64,000 nt of DNA, from positions 11,201 to 75,200 of the forward strand of contig CANRGX010000005.1 in the NCBI GenBank assembly GCA_947630215.1. Direction: 5' to 3'. A program made the translations under genes and the position numbers. Positions 55,908 through 64,000 of the stretch are shown piece by piece. The notes below the pieces were generated by a model. The model saw only the letters and a program-made list of their open reading frames with translations, was not told the origin of the DNA and searched no databases. The stretch is from an uncultured Eisenbergiella sp. (GTDB lineage: Bacteria > Bacillota > Clostridia > Lachnospirales > Lachnospiraceae). Each line of letters begins with the position of its first letter. The stretch's first letter is position 1.

Positions 55908-57932
55908 TTAACCGTAACATAATATCCAATAGCACCTCTGACCCGGAATATAATAATACGCACATCCGATTTCATGAACATCATTATTCAATATGTCTTG
56001 GGCACAGTTTCTCAATGTGGAATTTACAAATAATTCCCCAGAAATGTATGAAGGCATACTAGCCCGAATCATATCATAATATTGATATTCGCCTTGTCCA
56101 TGCGCAAACGAAAAAGAAATTGCTTTAGCATTTTCCTCCATTTCATTATTCCAGACTAACAATGGTAACCCTGCTTCTACTCTTGCCTGATTCAGTAACT
56201 CCATCACCTTTTGTGCCTCTGCGATCTGCAGGCCCTCAGAACGGTTGTCTTTTTTTGATTTTTCAGGATTGCCTTCTGTCTGACTCTCCGGTTCCCCCCT
56301 CTCTTGTGTTTCTTCCTCCTCAGTTTCACTCTCCGGTTCAGGCTCCTCATCATTAATGACGATCTGGATCCGCTTCCCCTGCTTCTCCACAGACCCTGCT
56401 TCCAGACTTTGACGGATGATCTTTCCCCTCTCTACATTCTCCACAAGCTCATATGCTACCTCCGCCTCCATTCCGGCTTCTTCAATCAGTGATAGGGCCT
56501 CCTCCAAAGTCTTATACTGCACATCCGGAACAAATGTTTCTCCTTCTTGCAGCTCATAGCCGTTCCCCTGATTCTTCTCCCCTCCGCTCACCACTACCTC
56601 GACCAGTTCTCCCTTCGGGGCGATACTGCCCGCCGACATGGATTGCGTCAGGATTCGATCTTTCGGTATCTCCTCAGAGAATTGTTTATCCATGATCCGG
56701 ATCCCCAGTTCTCTCTTTGCCAGCAGTTCTTCTGACTCTTTTACTTCCCGGTTCACTATATTCGGTACACGGCTCCGCCCCTCCGGTACTCCAAAATTCC
56801 CAAAATCATATATTTCAAACTGAATCACCCCTGTCGCCAGCAGCAGTAGAAATAAAACCATGGCCGCAGCAGAAACCGCCGATATCAGAAATACAGGGCG
56901 GGGTATCCTGCCTATCTTTCTTTCTACCGTCCGTACAAAGTGCTCTTTTGCCTTTATCTGGCCACTCAGCTCCAGCAAAAACTGCTCCGCCGTCTGCGTT
57001 CGATTTTTTATCTCCACATTCAGCGCGTTCATAACGGCCCGATCCGTCTGTCGGGAAATCTTTGCTCCCGCTTTGGACGGCGCTTTCAAGGTATCCTTTC
57101 TTCTGCGCTCCAACGCTCCCGCAGGCACTTTACCGGTCAGCATATGATACATCGTCGCGCTGCAGGCATAGACATCCGTCCAGGTTCCCTGATCTCCCCG
57201 GCTCCGGTACTGCTCCTCCGGCGTATAACCCTCTTTGTAAAGCACCGTCAGACTCTTGCTGTAGGTTCCGGTTACGCTTCTTGCTGCGCCAAAATCCAGC
57301 AGCTTCACTTCTCCATCCGTTGACAGGAAAATGTTATTAGGAGCAATGTCCCTGTGGAGGATACCTTCCTTATGCACCGCCTCCAAGGCCTGCAGTACCG
57401 GAAGCATGATTCTTATCGCCTCCTGTTCCGGCAGTTTCTTTTCCCGCTGCAGCCGCTGGGCAAGCGTTTCTCCCTCCAGATATTCCATTACGATATAGGC
57501 CGTGCCGTTTTCCTCAAAGCTGTTATAAATACGGACGATCCCCGGTATCTCCTGAAACTTTGCAAGTTTCCGGGACTCCTCGTAAAACTTGCTCTTGCCG
57601 TCTTCGAACTGTTCTGTCTTTTCCCCACCGTAGACGGTGACCTGGGTCTGTCCGGGCATACGGGTAGAGAACTCCCCCGGCAGAAATTCCTTTACAGCCA
57701 CCTTCTGTTCCAGCACCTGATCCCAGGCGGCATAGGTTGTCCCGAACCCGCCTGCTCCAATCACAACACCCAATAGATACCGGCCCTGCAGAATCGTACC
57801 CGGCCGGAGATACTGCGGTTCCAGAGGGACTGTCTCATTATGACCACAATGAGGACATACATTGTACTTCGACTCATATAACTCAAAGCATCGGTAGCAT
57901 CTTTTTAGCTCAGTTTGATCTTTTGATGGCAT
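55908..57932 (-). CDS. Hanks-type Ser/Thr kinase: Zn ribbon, kinase, TM, two PASTA, CAP-like C-terminus
   Basis: 'CYRC...CPHCG', 'GAGGFG', 'VAVKE', 'HRDIAPNN', 'DFG', 'TDVY'; PASTA 'VPNIV'/'VPDVQ'; 'LNQARVEAGLPLLVW...YWILCYG'. Confidence 0.88.
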   Translation of the reverse strand: MPSKDQTELKRCYRCFELYESKYNVCPHCGHNETVPLEPQYLRPGTILQGRYLLGVVIGAGGFGTTYAAWDQVLEQKVAVKEFLPGEFSTRMPGQTQVTVYGGEKTEQFEDGKSKFYEESRKLAKFQEIPGIVRIYNSFEENGTAYIVMEYLEGETLAQRLQREKKLPEQEAIRIMLPVLQALEAVHKEGILHRDIAPNNIFLSTDGEVKLLDFGAARSVTGTYSKSLTVLYKEGYTPEEQYRSRGDQGTWTDVYACSATMYHMLTGKVPAGALERRRKDTLKAPSKAGAKISRQTDRAVMNALNVEIKNRTQTAEQFLLELSGQIKAKEHFVRTVERKIGRIPRPVFLISAVSAAAMVLFLLLLATGVIQFEIYDFGNFGVPEGRSRVPNIVNREVKESEELLAKRELGIRIMDKQFSEEIPKDRILTQSMSAGSIAPKGELVEVVVSGGEKNQGNGYELQEGETFVPDVQYKTLEEALSLIEEAGMEAEVAYELVENVERGKIIRQSLEAGSVEKQGKRIQIVINDEEPEPESETEEEETQERGEPESQTEGNPEKSKKDNRSEGLQIAEAQKVMELLNQARVEAGLPLLVWNNEMEENAKAISFSFAHGQGEYQYYDMIRASMPSYISGELFVNSTLRNCAQDILNNDVHEIGCAYYYIPGQRCYWILCYG

Positions 57933-57933
57933 T

Positions 57934-59826
57934 TTAGGATTCTCCAACAAACAGTACCCTTTCAATATATTTATCCAGACCGGTGAAATCCGGGTTGACT
58001 TCCTGATATACCTGCAGTACACTTCGATTCAACGGCAAAAAATTATGATTTTGTACTGTCAGATAATCCTGGGCAGTTTCAGACAAAAAATAGTAAAGAA
58101 GCCGTATTGCTGCAGCATATTCGTCGGATGATGCAGCGGCATTTATGCTCCACAGATTTTGGAAGGTTCCCTTGTTCTGTGCCGTATTTTCCGGAAATTC
58201 TATCGTATAAATCCCGGGAAGCTCCTGCTGTACTTCCGCATATTCCTTTATGCTCCCCAAATAACCGGCTTTTCTTTGTCCCAAAAAATCGTCACAGGTA
58301 AACTGCCTGATTTCTTCAAGTTCTTCTCCTTGATAGAGTAATGCGTTTTTATATAGAACCGGCACATCAAACGTCAACGGAAACTGCTTGAGAGAAGGAT
58401 AATAGTTCTGATAATCCTCCAGAAAATAGTAATCTCCCGGATCAAATAAAGAAAACTCTAAAAGTGAGTCAAGCGTTGCAAGCTTATCATACTCCGCTTT
58501 ATGCAAACAGCTACTGTCAAACAGCACCGGGGCCGTCCCTTCCTGTAGGGCCTGTTTTAGGACTGACTCGTATTCATTTGCATCAATCGCTGTGATTTCC
58601 ACCTGTACTCCTGCATTGTTTTTCTGAAACTCCTCCACCATATAATGGAACATACGCTCTGTTTCTTCTTTTTGCGATGTTTCTGCATAGGGCGTCCAAA
58701 TCGTAATCATTGCAGGAGCTAAAACTGCTTCTCGCCGTATTGCATAAAATTGATGGACACAAAAAAACGCGCCCGATAATAACATAATCATAATTGCCGC
58801 GATCCAACTGTTTCTTTTGCGACGGCGAAAACGAATTTCTTTCTTTGCATCCCTCCCCTCTTTCTCTGAACACAGTGCCCGGGAAAACTGCTCAACAGAC
58901 TGAAATCGTATCTCCGGTTGTATCGCCATTGCCCGCATTACCGCATTGTTTATAGATATAGGAAGCTCCGGATTAATGACCCGCGGTTCTTCTACCAAAT
59001 CCTCTATTTTCCGGTTGATAGATTCTTCCGGTTTGATCCCCGTCAGCATTTCATAGAGCACTGCCGCCATTGCATATATATCCGTATATGGACCTTGTTT
59101 ACTTTTTGTCTGATACTGTTCGGCAGGCGCATAGCCCGGAGTGATAATAATGGTTCTTGTTTTTTCTGTTTCGCTATCAGAAAAACGGGCGGCGCCAAAA
59201 TCTATCAGCTTGATCGTACCATCTTTACATATAAAAATATTTCCCGGTTTTATATCCCGGTGAATGATTCCGGCAGCGTGCGTTGCTTTTAATGCACTTA
59301 ATACAGATTGTGTAATCTGGAGGGCTGTTTCTACGCTAATCTGATTCCCCTGTTCCCAGTTTCCCTGCATAAATGTTTTTAAGCTGTAACCGTCCAGGTA
59401 TTCCATTACAAAATATGCCGTTCCATTTTCTTCAAAAAAGTCATATATATGCACAATATTGGGATGAGAATTAAATTTGGCCATATTTCTGGCCTCATCC
59501 AGAAATTCTCTTTTTCCCTTCTCAAATGCACTCAGATTTTTCTTATCGTATACATTCACCTGCACTTCACCGGTCACTCGGTTTAAAAAAGTCGTAGGAT
59601 AATACTCCTTTATAGCAACTATCGTTTCCAGATTTGTATCCCATGCCCTGTAGATTACACCGAAACCGCCAAATCCGATTACTGTACCAACGATATATTT
59701 CCCTGCAAGCATCACTCCCGGATAAAGATGATACGATTCTCTCGGCCTGGTGCCCTGCACAAATCCGCAATAGGGACATTTTTCGTACTCGTCGGTATAT
59801 TCCTTCATACAATTTAAGCATCTCAT
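57934..59826 (-). CDS. Hanks-type Ser/Thr kinase: Zn ribbon, kinase, TM, extracellular solute-binding-protein-like domain
   Basis: 'CLNC...CPYCG', 'GFGGFG', 'VAIKE', 'HRDIKPGN', 'DFG', 'GYAPAEQ'; ectodomain 'ITIWTP...VEEFQKNNAGVQVEITAI...GTAPVLF'. Confidence 0.88.
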   Translation of the reverse strand: MRCLNCMKEYTDEYEKCPYCGFVQGTRPRESYHLYPGVMLAGKYIVGTVIGFGGFGVIYRAWDTNLETIVAIKEYYPTTFLNRVTGEVQVNVYDKKNLSAFEKGKREFLDEARNMAKFNSHPNIVHIYDFFEENGTAYFVMEYLDGYSLKTFMQGNWEQGNQISVETALQITQSVLSALKATHAAGIIHRDIKPGNIFICKDGTIKLIDFGAARFSDSETEKTRTIIITPGYAPAEQYQTKSKQGPYTDIYAMAAVLYEMLTGIKPEESINRKIEDLVEEPRVINPELPISINNAVMRAMAIQPEIRFQSVEQFSRALCSEKEGRDAKKEIRFRRRKRNSWIAAIMIMLLSGAFFCVHQFYAIRREAVLAPAMITIWTPYAETSQKEETERMFHYMVEEFQKNNAGVQVEITAIDANEYESVLKQALQEGTAPVLFDSSCLHKAEYDKLATLDSLLEFSLFDPGDYYFLEDYQNYYPSLKQFPLTFDVPVLYKNALLYQGEELEEIRQFTCDDFLGQRKAGYLGSIKEYAEVQQELPGIYTIEFPENTAQNKGTFQNLWSINAAASSDEYAAAIRLLYYFLSETAQDYLTVQNHNFLPLNRSVLQVYQEVNPDFTGLDKYIERVLFVGES

Positions 59827-59827
59827 A

Positions 59828-60043
59828 TCAGAACCCTTTATCCGTATCCGTTTCTTCCAGACAGATTACGGTTTTATCATCTTCCAAAGAACTATCCTGC
59901 AGCTTCACTGTTTTTTCGTCATCCCAAGCGTCCTTATAGATATTCTCTTTTTTCACAACTTCAAGGGAAATCCCGCAATAAGGACACCGGAAAAATTTTT
60001 GATTATCATAAAAATGCCCTTTTGCACATATTGTAACAGCCAT
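59828..60043 (-). CDS. 71-aa Zn-ribbon microprotein with acidic D-x-T-V motifs
   Basis: 'ICAKGHFYD....RCPYCG', then 'DDEKTV' and 'EDDKTV'; RBS GAGGAGG. Confidence 0.7.
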   Translation of the reverse strand: MAVTICAKGHFYDNQKFFRCPYCGISLEVVKKENIYKDAWDDEKTVKLQDSSLEDDKTVICLEETDTDKGF

Positions 60044-60054
60044 TTTCGCCTCCT

Positions 60055-60789
60055 CTACCGAGTTAACCAGACACAAATAGCCGAATAATTATCCATCATT
60101 CTTCCAGTGCCATTCTTCAACACGGTCTCTTTCATCATATCCGCCCAATTCTGGGCACTGTCTGCTTTCCGCAGAGCTTTCAGCATGGCCTTTTCCTCTA
60201 TCAATTCCCAAAATCCATCCGTGCATAACAACAGAGCTTGTTTTCTTTTTCGGCCGACTGATTCGCCTAACTCATATTCGTTTTCTCTGCTCCATTCTGC
60301 TCCGAGTGCCTTCATCAATCGGTTTCGATCCGGATGAAACCGAATATCCTTTTCCCGAATTTCCTTTGCATAAACCAGCATTTGAGGCACGCTGTGATCC
60401 AAGGTGCGTTTTACAAGCCTAAAGCCCCCTTCAAATAAATACAGCCTGGAATCGCCTATATGCCCCCATCTGATAGAATCCCGATTTACACAACAAATTA
60501 CCATTGTTGTCTTCATATCCATCGTTTCACATGCGTTCTTTTGTTCTTGTATCAACCTGTTTTGACACAATTTAAAAACATCTGGCAAATAATCATCATA
60601 AAATCCGCGTTTTTCAAACATCTTCAGCGCAGTCTGCACAGCCAGTCCGGAAGCGACCTCCCCTTTTCCGTGTCCGCCCAATCCGTCGGCAATCACAAAG
60701 CACCACTCGTCTCCTCTGCTCTTATATCCAATCGTATCCTCATTGATATCCCGGCTTCCTTTTTCACTGATAACGCCTACCGAAACCAT
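60055..60789 (-). CDS. PP2C/PPM-family Ser/Thr phosphatase
   Basis: 'G.R..NED', 'VIADGLGGHG', 'HIGDSRLY', 'LLCTDG', 'DNYSAI'. Confidence 0.92.
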   Translation of the reverse strand: MVSVGVISEKGSRDINEDTIGYKSRGDEWCFVIADGLGGHGKGEVASGLAVQTALKMFEKRGFYDDYLPDVFKLCQNRLIQEQKNACETMDMKTTMVICCVNRDSIRWGHIGDSRLYLFEGGFRLVKRTLDHSVPQMLVYAKEIREKDIRFHPDRNRLMKALGAEWSRENEYELGESVGRKRKQALLLCTDGFWELIEEKAMLKALRKADSAQNWADMMKETVLKNGTGRMMDNYSAICVWLTR

Positions 60790-60919
60790 TTGACCATTTC
60801 CTCCCATATATGCAGCATGATGCGCACTGTTGTATCTATCCGAAATAAGTCTCCATCAAAATGAAAAAACACGGCGCCCAATCTGAAGGAGAAAATGAAC
60901 ACTTTTCAACACGCGGATA

Positions 60920-62332
60920 TCACCCAACATGAAATACGATATAGCCTTCACCTGCAGACAATTCATAATCAAACCATCCCTCTCCATCGCTATATCCATG
61001 ACTTTTGTTATCAATAAGCCATTGTTTCCTGCCATCTGCAATCTCGTATACATAATCACCTGCATATATATAATTGGGGCGTTTCGATGGATTATGAACA
61101 CAATATGCGACGGCAAAATAATCATCATATACTGAATCAAAAACACCCACTACTTTGCCATCGCTGGTCAATAACTCATACTCTACAGCCCAGTTCCTTT
61201 TTGCATGTTTGAATACGCTGCATTTTTCCAGAAAATCAGGCTCGGTTATAATGGAAAATACCGCGTCACAATCTCCTGAAATCATTTTCTCATACAGTTC
61301 ATCCACCCAGGCGGAATTTTCGGCACGAATTATCTGTTCTTCAAGGCTGTCCAGCGTCTTTTGAAAATCTACATCGTCTGTTGCAGTTCGATGTTGTTCC
61401 ACTAACTCTTTTGCTTCATCATAACGTCTATCTTCAAACAATAAATCTACGTTTTCCCTTACAAGGATTTCGTCAAGAATGACCTGAAAATCTATTCCGG
61501 ATACTATATCTTGATATTTTTCAATCAGTGACTTTGCTTTATCATAAAGTCCCTGTTTCATCAAGGAATCAAGATATTTCTCTAAACAGGTTTCCATATC
61601 AGACTGTACTTTTGCATTTTTACTGTCCAATTCCAAAAGCCCGTCATAAACCTCCAGCGCTTTCTCATAGTCATCCTTGCTGACATATTCTTTTGCCTGG
61701 CTTAAGCGGTACTCAACCAACTCTTCCTTTATCTGTGCGTCTTTGGTACATTCCAAACCTTCTTCCAGAGTCTGTAACGCCATATCAATATTATCAAGAT
61801 CTTTATATAACTGTGCCTTATTTAAATATGCTTCCGCATTCATAGAATCAATTGATAACGCTTTATCAAATTCTGTAATTGCCTGTTCATAGTTATGATT
61901 TTCAAAATATTTATGGGCCAGTTCAAGCTGCGCCGATAACCATGCTTTCTGAATCTGTTCATCCTCGGTTCTCTCATACCCATCAGCTAACGTCTGGATA
62001 GCCATATCCGCATCGCCCAAACCATCATAAGCTTCTGCTTTACCCAGATAAGCATCTATTCTCATCGAATCAATCGCTATAGCTTTATCAAACTCAACGA
62101 TGGCCCGTTCATAATTCTGTTCCGTCAAATATCGATTTCCTAAGTCTAATTGTCTTGACAGGCGATTAGCCGGGGCGTTATAGATTGCGATTCCTGTGAT
62201 TATTGCAATAAAAATCACAACAATTGCACCCGCAACCCCCAATCTCCTTCCATTTTTTCTGCCCGATACGTGGGTTTTTCCTATATCAGTCTTTTCTTCC
62301 TGTAATGTTTCTATCTTTTGCTCTTCGCTCAT
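60920..62332 (-). CDS. Single-pass membrane protein with extracellular TPR repeats
   Basis: TM 'LGVAGAIVVIFIAIITGIAIY'; TPR-like 'NYERAIVEFDKAIAID...AYL' and 'NYEQAITEFDKALSID...AYL'. Confidence 0.8.
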   Translation of the reverse strand: MSEEQKIETLQEEKTDIGKTHVSGRKNGRRLGVAGAIVVIFIAIITGIAIYNAPANRLSRQLDLGNRYLTEQNYERAIVEFDKAIAIDSMRIDAYLGKAEAYDGLGDADMAIQTLADGYERTEDEQIQKAWLSAQLELAHKYFENHNYEQAITEFDKALSIDSMNAEAYLNKAQLYKDLDNIDMALQTLEEGLECTKDAQIKEELVEYRLSQAKEYVSKDDYEKALEVYDGLLELDSKNAKVQSDMETCLEKYLDSLMKQGLYDKAKSLIEKYQDIVSGIDFQVILDEILVRENVDLLFEDRRYDEAKELVEQHRTATDDVDFQKTLDSLEEQIIRAENSAWVDELYEKMISGDCDAVFSIITEPDFLEKCSVFKHAKRNWAVEYELLTSDGKVVGVFDSVYDDYFAVAYCVHNPSKRPNYIYAGDYVYEIADGRKQWLIDNKSHGYSDGEGWFDYELSAGEGYIVFHVG

Positions 62333-62400
62333 TTATTTTCATCTCCAATGTAAGACTTTTACAGACTACGCTCATATAAATTCATAAAACATAATAATAT

Positions 62401-62529
62401 TCACATTAAATAGTCTTCTTTTAATTCTTTTAAGATCCGTTTCCCAGCCGTATGCCGGTAAATCAGGCTGACAGAAAACAAAACCAATGCCAGCGCGATC
62501 ATCCCAATCCCTATTTCCAATAACAACAT
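62401..62529 (-). CDS. 42-aa single-pass membrane microprotein (not in the ORF track)
   Basis: Hand-translated MLLLEIGIGMIALALVLFSVSLIYRHTAGKRILKELKEDYLM*; RBS GGGAGG upstream. Confidence 0.65.
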   Translation of the reverse strand: MLLLEIGIGMIALALVLFSVSLIYRHTAGKRILKELKEDYLM

Positions 62530-62560
62530 AAAAATCCTCCCCATTTCTGCAAATTCGCCC

Positions 62561-64000
62561 TTACAGCCAGCCCCCGTCTGCCAGTTCCTGCATCATCCGA
62601 TCTAGCATTTCCATCTCCATATCCGCCCCATCGGCCGGATATTTGTCTTTAGCCAATTCATAGAAATCCCTCATCCGCAAATAGTTCCGCTGTTCGTTCT
62701 CCTTCTCCTGCTGCCGATCCGCTTCCAGATAAGCCAGCCGCTTATACACCTCGTAACGCTCTGGATATTTTTCCGTCATTTCCATCAGAAGCGTCTCCGC
62801 TTCCTCAAAGCGATCCAGATTTTCATATAAGATTGCCATGTTTTCCTGTAACTGATAGGTCACATACCCACGCTCATAGAGAGAGGTAAAGAGGGAGAGC
62901 GCTTTGGTATCATATTCCTGTTCAAACTGTTCTCCCGTCCGCGCTTTTCTGGCATAAGCATCCGCAAGATATTCTGAAAACACCAGCTCCCCATTTCCCT
63001 GTGCACCTTTCAGACTTTCCTCCAGCAGAGCAATTTCTGCATCAATCGCTCCCGTTGTTTTATAAACTTCGGTGCAAAGCAACACCGCCCTTTGCTGTAA
63101 CTGTGCATCCTCTGTGACGGCAATGGTCTGTGTCAGATATTTGGTTGCTTCTTCCTCCTCCCCTTTTGCGTGAGCAATTTCTCCTTGGGCCATATAAATG
63201 GAATCCTGTCCCATCCCAAGAGCAATTCCCTTTTCCAACTCCGTCCGAGCTGCTTCCATCTGTCCCAGTTTTGCCAGTGTAATCGCGTAATCCCTATAAT
63301 ACAATCCGTTCTGGCCGTACTGTTCAATCGCTTGCTTCAAATACTTTTCCGCATTGGGATAGTCCTGTATTTCATAACAGGCATTTCCAACGAGATAGAA
63401 TATATTTCCATAGTTTTCTTCGTCTCCCTCAACACCAACTTCAAAAGGAACCGTATTGAGCCAGGTCTCTCCCTGTTCAATACATTCTTCGTATTCCCCT
63501 TGCAGATACAGGAGATGAAGTTCCTCCTCATAGGCTTCCAGGCGAACATCATAAATGGCTTTCGCCTGCGCCAACGCCTCTCTGGCCTCTCCATATTCGC
63601 CAAAGCCAGCCGCCTCCTTCGCTGTCCGTACCAATTCATAATAAACAGCGTTCTTTTCCACCCGTATTCGATATAATCCGGAAAAGATAAGGAAAACGCC
63701 AAGCGCCAAGCTTCCAGCAGCGGCAATCTGTAGTAAATTCTGCCTTCTGTGCATCACAATATAACGGTGATCCAACTTATGGCAGTTTTGAATTGCATTC
63801 AGATACTCTTTTCCGTTGGCATAGCGTTCCTGTGGAGAAAGTGCCATCATTTTTTCCAAAATGACTGCAAATCCTTCACTGATCGGTATTCCCGTTTCAC
63901 CAATCGGAATTCTCTCCTTAAAGTCAATCGGCGGCTCTGTCCCAGTCAGAGCATAATAAAGCGTCACTCCCAGGCTGTATATATCGGAGCGGGTGCTGAT
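62561..64000 (-). CDS. Ser/Thr kinase C-lobe, TM and TPR ectodomain (5' end beyond the window)
   Basis: Frame is open to the window edge: 'ISTRSDIYSLGVTLYYALTG' (subdomain IX) and 'PQERY' (XI), then a TM and multiple TPR-like helices. Confidence 0.85.
   Translation of the reverse strand: MSTRSDIYSLGVTLYYALTGTEPPIDFKERIPIGETGIPISEGFAVILEKMMALSPQERYANGKEYLNAIQNCHKLDHRYIVMHRRQNLLQIAAAGSLALGVFLIFSGLYRIRVEKNAVYYELVRTAKEAAGFGEYGEAREALAQAKAIYDVRLEAYEEELHLLYLQGEYEECIEQGETWLNTVPFEVGVEGDEENYGNIFYLVGNACYEIQDYPNAEKYLKQAIEQYGQNGLYYRDYAITLAKLGQMEAARTELEKGIALGMGQDSIYMAQGEIAHAKGEEEEATKYLTQTIAVTEDAQLQQRAVLLCTEVYKTTGAIDAEIALLEESLKGAQGNGELVFSEYLADAYARKARTGEQFEQEYDTKALSLFTSLYERGYVTYQLQENMAILYENLDRFEEAETLLMEMTEKYPERYEVYKRLAYLEADRQQEKENEQRNYLRMRDFYELAKDKYPADGADMEMEMLDRMMQELADGGWL

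Noticed and set aside
55802-55984. 60-aa minus-strand ORF at the island boundary, and ORF 60856-61146
   Set aside because: They overlap kinase or TPR gene 3' ends in another frame, lack an RBS and show no motifs.
60830-60922. TGA readthrough extending the TPR protein by ~27 aa
   Set aside because: An open frame follows the TGA, but there is no SECIS-like hairpin or other recoding signal; probably chance.

Overview
A 64-kb stretch of a GC-rich Clostridia chromosome; gene content and cell-wall-binding repeats point to a Lachnospiraceae-like gut anaerobe (inference). The housekeeping backbone comprises tRNA-Trp, rho, rpmE, prmC, prfA, malic enzyme, rarA, clpB, an FMN riboswitch with ribU, tex and secA-prfB. 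Accessory elements sit between these genes: (i) a DUF2156 aminoacyl-transferase-like domain fused to an M18 aminopeptidase; (ii) a degraded RelB/ParE toxin-antitoxin pair with XRE and ECF-sigma neighbours; (iii) a ~3000-aa sortase-anchored adhesin whose 16 Ig-like repeats show a 4x4 higher-order pattern; (iv) an XRE-controlled, low-GC, two-domain lipoprotein; (v) a tightly coupled cell-envelope operon in which two large extracellular VanX-like (M15) metallopeptidases bracket a transglutaminase-like protein and an MBOAT plus AlgX/AlgJ-type acyltransferase pair; (vi) an AT-richer Hanks-kinase signalling cluster that runs off the right edge, with three kinases carrying different extracellular sensors (TPR; solute-binding-like; PASTA plus CAP-like), a PP2C phosphatase, a TPR protein and two microproteins. 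I found no CRISPR array, rRNA, integrase or transposase. The best candidates for an undescribed system are (v), (vi) and (i). All family assignments come from motif recognition by eye; no database search was run.
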